Under the pieces are notes generated by a model. That model had not been told where the DNA came from and did no database searches. It was given only the letters and a program-made list of their open reading frames with translations. A stretch of DNA of 26,730 bases, from the NCBI GenBank assembly GCA_000182565.2, contig KQ257475.1. One strand, 5' to 3'. Positions 20,950 to 26,730 of the stretch are shown here, one piece after another; the stretch's first letter is position 1; the number at the start of each line of letters is the position of its first letter. The DNA is from Spizellomyces punctatus DAOM BR117 (lineage: Eukaryota). The translations under genes and the position numbers were made by a program.

Positions 20950-23900
20950 CTATATAGAGTTATCTACGGACCGTGTGTCCACAAGAGATTTTATCAGTGC
21001 GAAATCGTGCGCCGCGAACGTCTCCCGCCAAAAGCGAAGCAATAGGTCTGCTCGAGTCCGAACGCTGTAGAGTACATACATGAGCATCCCACCCTGGAAC
21101 AAGGTGGTTTTCGGCGGTTATGATACCTGTTGGCAGTCTTTCGCTGCTCCACCTCTGCCTCCAGCTCAGCGGCCTTCTCACGCGCAGTGGCGAGAAGCTC
21201 GTTAGGCAAATTAGCCAAGCGAGCGACATTCAGTCTTCAGGAGGTCCTTGTTAGAGCTTCTCACTTCCAGATATGCACCGTGGTTCTCTTGTCCCTTACC
21301 CATAAGACCTATGTGCGAGTCCTCTTGTGAGTTTATACAAGAAAATGATTGAATGTGAACCTTAGGACATATTGGGGTTTAGTTCTTTCCCCTTTATCGG
21401 AACTGCAACAAGAGAACTAGAAAGCCATACTCTCATCCTCTTCCTCGGTCTCGTGGAATGCCATATGACAGTTCCGCAAGGCGCCTGGAAACTCTTTCTC
21501 CAATTGCCCAAGCACTGGATAATGCGTGACAAACAAGGTAATACTCTTCAAATCCTCAATGAAGTACTTCAACGTTGCAAAGGCAATGGCAGTCCCATCG
21601 TGTGTGGAGGTTCCTCGTCCTAGTTCGTCCAGGATGACGAGCGACCGATTTGTCGCAGTCCGCATGATGTCAGATGTTTCCTGCAGCTCTTTCATGAAGG
21701 TGGATTGGCCACCTGCAAGATCGTCTGAGGCACCCATTCTGATGTTTCAAAGTTAGAGGTTTCGGTTACGGTAGACATTGTGGTTCAAAGTACCTTGTAT
21801 GGACGGAATCAAAAATACCCAACTGCGCAGACTTGGCAGGAACGTACGACCCAATTTGCCCCATGATAACAATGAGGGCTACCTGCCGAATATAGGATGA
21901 TTTTCCTCCCATGTTAGGACTGTGCATGATGTATTTAGCATTGCCATTGCAAAGCATAATTGTCGAACTTGGTCATTACTCACCCGGTGATCAATAAACA
22001 CCGCCGATCTTGCTAGAAAAAGACCAACATGAATACTTGCGCCGGACAGGGTTGCGCCTCCAGATATACTCACAGTCAAATCCACGTCATTGGTCACGTA
22101 GCTGGAGACGACATTCTCCACCATCGGATGGCGACCCTCTTTTACCAGGACGGTAGCGTCAGGAACAAACTCGGGTTTACAGTAACCAGGCTGAGCAGCG
22201 ACCGTCGCTAAACAAATCAAAAGCTATTGTCGGCAATCGTCTTTTGTAAACAATCATTCTGTAACCCACCTAACGATAGCAAACAATCCATTGTGGCAAT
22301 ACTCTGTACAACTCCCCGGAAGAGTTCATATCGGGACCCAACCTCTCTGCAAAGGGGCATATGTAAGCACCTTGCCTGTTCTTGTACATTCGAGGATCTC
22401 ATGATCGAGCGGACAAACCTTACAAAAGCAGCATAGGCGGTATCGCAAGCGGCCACGAGCTGTTCGCGATAACGATCTCGCTCCTTTATCTTTTCTGAGG
22501 AAATGATGAATGACACCTGTTGCTCATCTGGAGGAGGTTGGCCAATAAGAGATACTGACCAATGACGAACGGCGTGTGAAATCGCGCGACCGCTTTAGTA
22601 CTAGCAAGATATCCAGGTTAGTAAAGAATTTAGGGAAATCTAATGTAAGTGGGTAACCCACTTGCTGATCTTTATCCAATTACTGGGTACTTTTGATGCT
22701 TGATTTACCGGCACTTCAATCAAGTACTTTAAAACTTCGTCAGCGCAGGAAAAGGGTATTTTTTTCCCAAAACGCCATCCAACTCACCTCAATCCCCGCC
22801 ACTGTCACGTACGTCAAGTTCGGTTTCTTGATCTCTCCCCTAACCTCCTTCAAATGGGCCAGCAACTCCTCTTCAACAGTCTCTAGGTTCTTCATATAGC
22901 CATTGTTTATCGTAAGCAACGGGCCCATCCAATAGAGTATTTGTACAAACCTCCTTGAACTCGCCTATTTCGGGCCATTTAGAGGTGTCACTGAAGAACT
23001 CAATTTTGTCGTCGGATTTGGCAGCACTTTCATTTATCATGCCCCGAAAGTACATCACATCACTCTTAATTGCTGGAAGCGACTTGTAAATGTCTTTCAG
23101 AATAGGCGACCGAAATTTCTCCCAAGCATCAGAGATAAAACTTGAGCCAATTTTTTCGAACGCCAACAATGTATTGTTCAGCTCCGACGGAGAGCATCTT
23201 CCGTAGTGTATTCTGCACACGCTTTTTTCAAGGTCTGTGAGACGAAGGTCAGCTGAACTGCTTGCTGTTTAAGTTTTTTGAGGCAACAACCTGGCAATTG
23301 ACAAATCAACCCTCTCATTCGTTGGATGAAGACATTCCCTTGCGCATCGCCCTGAATGATCTCTTCCACGGCGTCAATGCGTTTTTGCAAGTCGCTTCCA
23401 GAAACAACAAGAAACAACAAACACGAAAGGATCATGCGTTGATACTCAACAGTAAATGCATTATTGTATGGTGAGACTTACGGGAGTTGCACTAATGGTC
23501 GTCCAATCCACTTCTTCAGTAGTCTCTGGCCAAACTTCGTCTTTGTGTGATCCAAGATCCAAAGCAAAGACCCCTTCTCCTCAAAATCAGTTTGATTACG
23601 GAATATCTCCAGGCTATTCAAAGTATTGGCATTGAGCACCATATGGGCCACGGACGCAAACGCTGTGAAGAACTTGGTAAGGCGAAGGATATCTTCGAGC
23701 CCAAATTGCACCAAATATTTGAGCAGCGCAGCAAGGCAGATAATCACTCGACGTGGAAGAGACAACGCTTGGCTGTAGAGTTCCGCTATGTATCCTGTGA
23801 GCCAGAGGACCTAGTTGCATCGCAACACCATACACCAACACACCAGCCAAAGCCGTTCCATTGTCGTTTCCAGTCGGCTTGTTGTCGAGTATTGGCTGTT

Positions 23901-25803
23901 CATAGAACTCTGCCAGCACCTTGCGCGCTGTGGCATGATCTAGAAACGCGCCCTTAAGCCGTTCAATTCTAACAGTGTCGCCAGTGGAGCCAAATCTGCA
24001 CATTGCACGTCATGTACTGTAAGCACCGCCCAACAACCCATTATAAGCCAGTGCACGACTTACGATTCGCAAAGCTGTCTTATGAGCGTCTCCGTCATAT
24101 CACTTAGTGGGTTTCCGGGTAGAATGATTTCGGTAGGTTGAATATGCATCATACGAGTCTCCAATTCGTTTCGCATATAATTGTCGTCAAACTCGTCAAA
24201 TATTACGTCCCCTGTATGCAGCTGGACAGCCTGCCACAATTGGATCAAGACGTCTCAGTCATCCGTAGAAATCACCAGAATGAATTTTCTCAACTGCAAC
24301 CTACCACAATGCTAATTTTGGCCGTGTCCATAGCACCCTTGCCTTCCTCTTCGTTGATACACAGCAGATAGCTTGATCGGACTTCAAAAGCTATATCTTC
24401 ACCCCCTATGTCATCCACAAAGGTGCCCTTGGAATACACATTCGTAAGCTTCCTTACGAATGGGGCGTTCTTGTTATCTCCGACAGCTGTATAGATTGTA
24501 AGCGGCCTTCGAAGCCGTATCATTACAATAGAACCTGCAAAAGCGTACCTTTCAGGGCAGCCGTTTCCATCTGGCGCACGATGCCAACTAAAAAAATCTT
24601 AGCACGGTGACACCCACCGGTGTGCGACTGACAATGGTTACCTTTGTAGCCCAACTGTACCAACCTATTGCAACAGCCAGTATATTTAGCATTCTCACAT
24701 ATATGAGGTAATGGGAAGTCGCTACCCACTTTTTAACATGCACGTGAAGCCGATGAGTCGGAAAACTTGCAGTATACATGCTGTGATCCCTGTATGCCAC
24801 GATGTTAAGTTCTGGATGTGGGCCAAGTACTTAGCATTGTGGAGCAATCACGCTGGAATTTCGACAATCTCACCTTTCGCCGCTATCTAACAACGACATT
24901 CCGTCTTTATTAAGATACGCAAATATAAAGTTCTGTCTGACGTACCTTGGCATCCTCTCCGAAGAAGCGAAATTTATAACCAACCTCTACTACAAGCAAA
25001 CAGTCTGGATGATTTGCCTTGATTTCCAAGAATTGTTGCTCCAGGGGCGTGTACGTTGATTTGGTTTTCCCCGAACCTTTCCGTGCTTGCACTGGCGTTG
25101 TGTCCCGCGATTGATTTCCCACCTTCCGTGGCAGCCCCTTTCCAGTACCATGTTCCACTTCTCCATCTTCTGCGCTATCCATATCTCCTTCATCAGCTTC
25201 AGGGTTCGGATCCTCCGACCGTTCGTCTATCGTAAACTTGGCCAGGAATCGCTCTCGGACGCGGTTACGCTCCGCGGCAGAAGCTCCGCTGACTTCCACA
25301 TACTGAGAATTTTCCCCCTCTGTATTTTCGCCACATGCATGGTTTTTCTTACGATAACGGAACGCTTCGGTCGACCTTCGCGGGATGGTCCCGCCTTTGG
25401 CTGCAGGCCGGGTCCTGCCTGGTAATTCCTCTTCACTGTCGGATGTCAGGCGCCGCAGCCTTTTGAACTTGCTCAATTTTGGAGATGGCGAGTCTACCTC
25501 CATTCGGCCACCTTCATTACCACTTTCGACGGCCGCATCTTGCTCTATTGCCCGCGGTGCTTCGTTGGGCGAGCATGGACCAGGGGAGTCATTCTGACGG
25601 TTCTCGTCATTCTCAGTAAATTTCCCTTTCAGAAGGTCCCGAGCATCTCGGGATGGCATTGCTTTGGCAGCCCTCGGCGCCGACGTATCCGTCTTTGGCG
25701 TGAAAAAGCTGCTAATAGTTCGCTGTTGGAAAGATGTTCCAGACGACTTCAACTTTTTAACGTTTCCGCCACTGTCGGCGGTTGCCTTTCTCTTCCCTGA
25801 CAT
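20950..25803 (-). CDS. MSH3: DNA mismatch repair protein MSH3 (MutS homologue), ~23 exons
   Basis: N-terminal PIP box [29 protein letters not shown] (Msh3-type mismatch-binding motif with K in place of the Msh6/MutS Phe); [50 protein letters not shown]. The last exon ends at TAG 20952-20950. Confidence 0.95.
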
Positions 25804-26067
25804 CTTCCAGGATTATGAGAATGGAAGCAATATCCTACTGCTGTCTATATCGTCACTTCATGTACGAAAACTGGTGGTAATGGACGGCCATTCTGAGGTC
25901 AGATCGCAGATTGGATTAGCGATCGCTTGTAATTTATCCTATTGTGGAAGTGTTACTCATGGTATCGTCTGGCAGGGTACTCCGTACAATAAGGACTTGT
26001 GTGATCCCACATGACCAGACGCATCTATAAATCAGTTATGATCGAGGCATCGGCACTGACGGTTTTC

Positions 26068-26270
26068 CTACTCATTATAGACTACTTTAACATGCTCGAT
26101 AAATACACTAAATGCATTGCAACACTTTCTAACCATTAAATAATGCTTTCTCCACATGTACTCAGCAAAATATCCACCAATATCTGCTCTTCCAGTCTTA
26201 GGAATGCTTATTTTTATAGCATTCCAAGTAGATTCAATTCTTTGACTGTGTACACCTATATCTGGGTTAA
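26068..26270 (-). mobile_element. Merlin / IS1595-like (ISXO2) DDE transposase, C-terminal fragment
   Basis: Minus-strand frame 26268-26068 (no ATG, not in the ORF track): NPDIGVHSQRIESTWNAIKISIPKTGRADIGGYFAEYMWRKHY..NAFSVFIEHVKVVY. Matches the recalled Merlin consensus DP.TG.HTQ.IE..W..K...YL.EFMWR. Confidence 0.8.
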
Positions 26271-26730
26271 TGGAGTGATGCTGGAAGGCCTCTGAGTCTC
26301 TTGAACTGTAGCAAGCCCTTCTTGGTTGTCCAAGAACAAAGGCTCCCCTCCCAGAGGAATCTCAAGCTTGCTGTCTTGCTGTGGTACACTCTGCTCCCAT
26401 TCCTGAGTGCTCCACATGAAGTTTCCATCAAAGATGACATCCATTGAGATAATAACTTGGCTCATTTCAGGTACCCACAGTCTGTAGGCCTTACTCTGGG
26501 TACTGTAGCTGACCATGACTGCCTTCTTGGCCTTCTCATCAAGTTTTGACCGCTTTTCCTTTGGAATATGAGTGTAGGCCATGCAGCCAAACACTCTGAG
26601 GTGCTGGAGATCTGGTTTACCGCCTGTAAACTCTTGAAATGAGGTTGATTGGTGCTGAGTGCTGCAGTGGGGCTCCTGTTTCCTGAATAGACCAACTGTC
26701 ATGATAGCTCGCCCAAGAACTTGTAGCTGA
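26271..26730 (-). mobile_element. Degenerate Ty1/copia retrotransposon fragment (post-integrase SH3-like/GKGY-type region)
   Basis: GGKPDLQHLRVFGCMAYTHIPKEKRSKLDEKAKKAVMVSYSTQSKAYRLW..VIISMDVIFD matches copia KP..HLRVFGC.AY..KLD..GY..KAYRL..ISRDV.FDE, with substitutions at conserved sites. No RT follows within the window. Confidence 0.88.

Noticed and set aside
24490..24535. Hairpin in an MSH3 intron (ttgtaa-cggc...gccg-ttacaa)
   Set aside because: Short interrupted stem with no known RNA motif.
1..26730. tRNA, rRNA, CRISPR arrays, U12-type introns
   Set aside because: None seen. All introns I traced are GT-AG without the U12 RTATCCTT donor.

Overview
Intron-rich eukaryotic DNA with short (~55-95 nt) GT-AG introns, most consistent with a zoosporic or early-diverging fungus (chytrid-like). 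This is inferred from gene style and from retention of ARL5 and a CCDC162/DUF4549 homologue. Genes in order: 5' part of a CCDC162/DUF4549-like gene (-), an FHA-GAF-class III nucleotide cyclase with bacterial (myxobacterial/cyanobacterial-type) architecture (+), Pmp3 proteolipid (+), C2H2 zinc-finger transcription factor (+), Nop14 (+), a candidate unannotated 59-aa Cys-containing peptide gene (-), Akr1-type ankyrin-DHHC palmitoyltransferase (-) head-to-head with ARL5 (+), and MSH3 (-). The right end holds a CpG-depleted composite transposon relic: a Merlin/IS1595-like transposase C-terminus (absent from the ORF track) abutting a Ty1/copia fragment. Most notable are the bacterial-type class IIIb cyclase, the Merlin+copia relic with a methylation footprint just upstream of MSH3, and the orphan micro-gene. 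All family assignments come from motif recall, not database searches.
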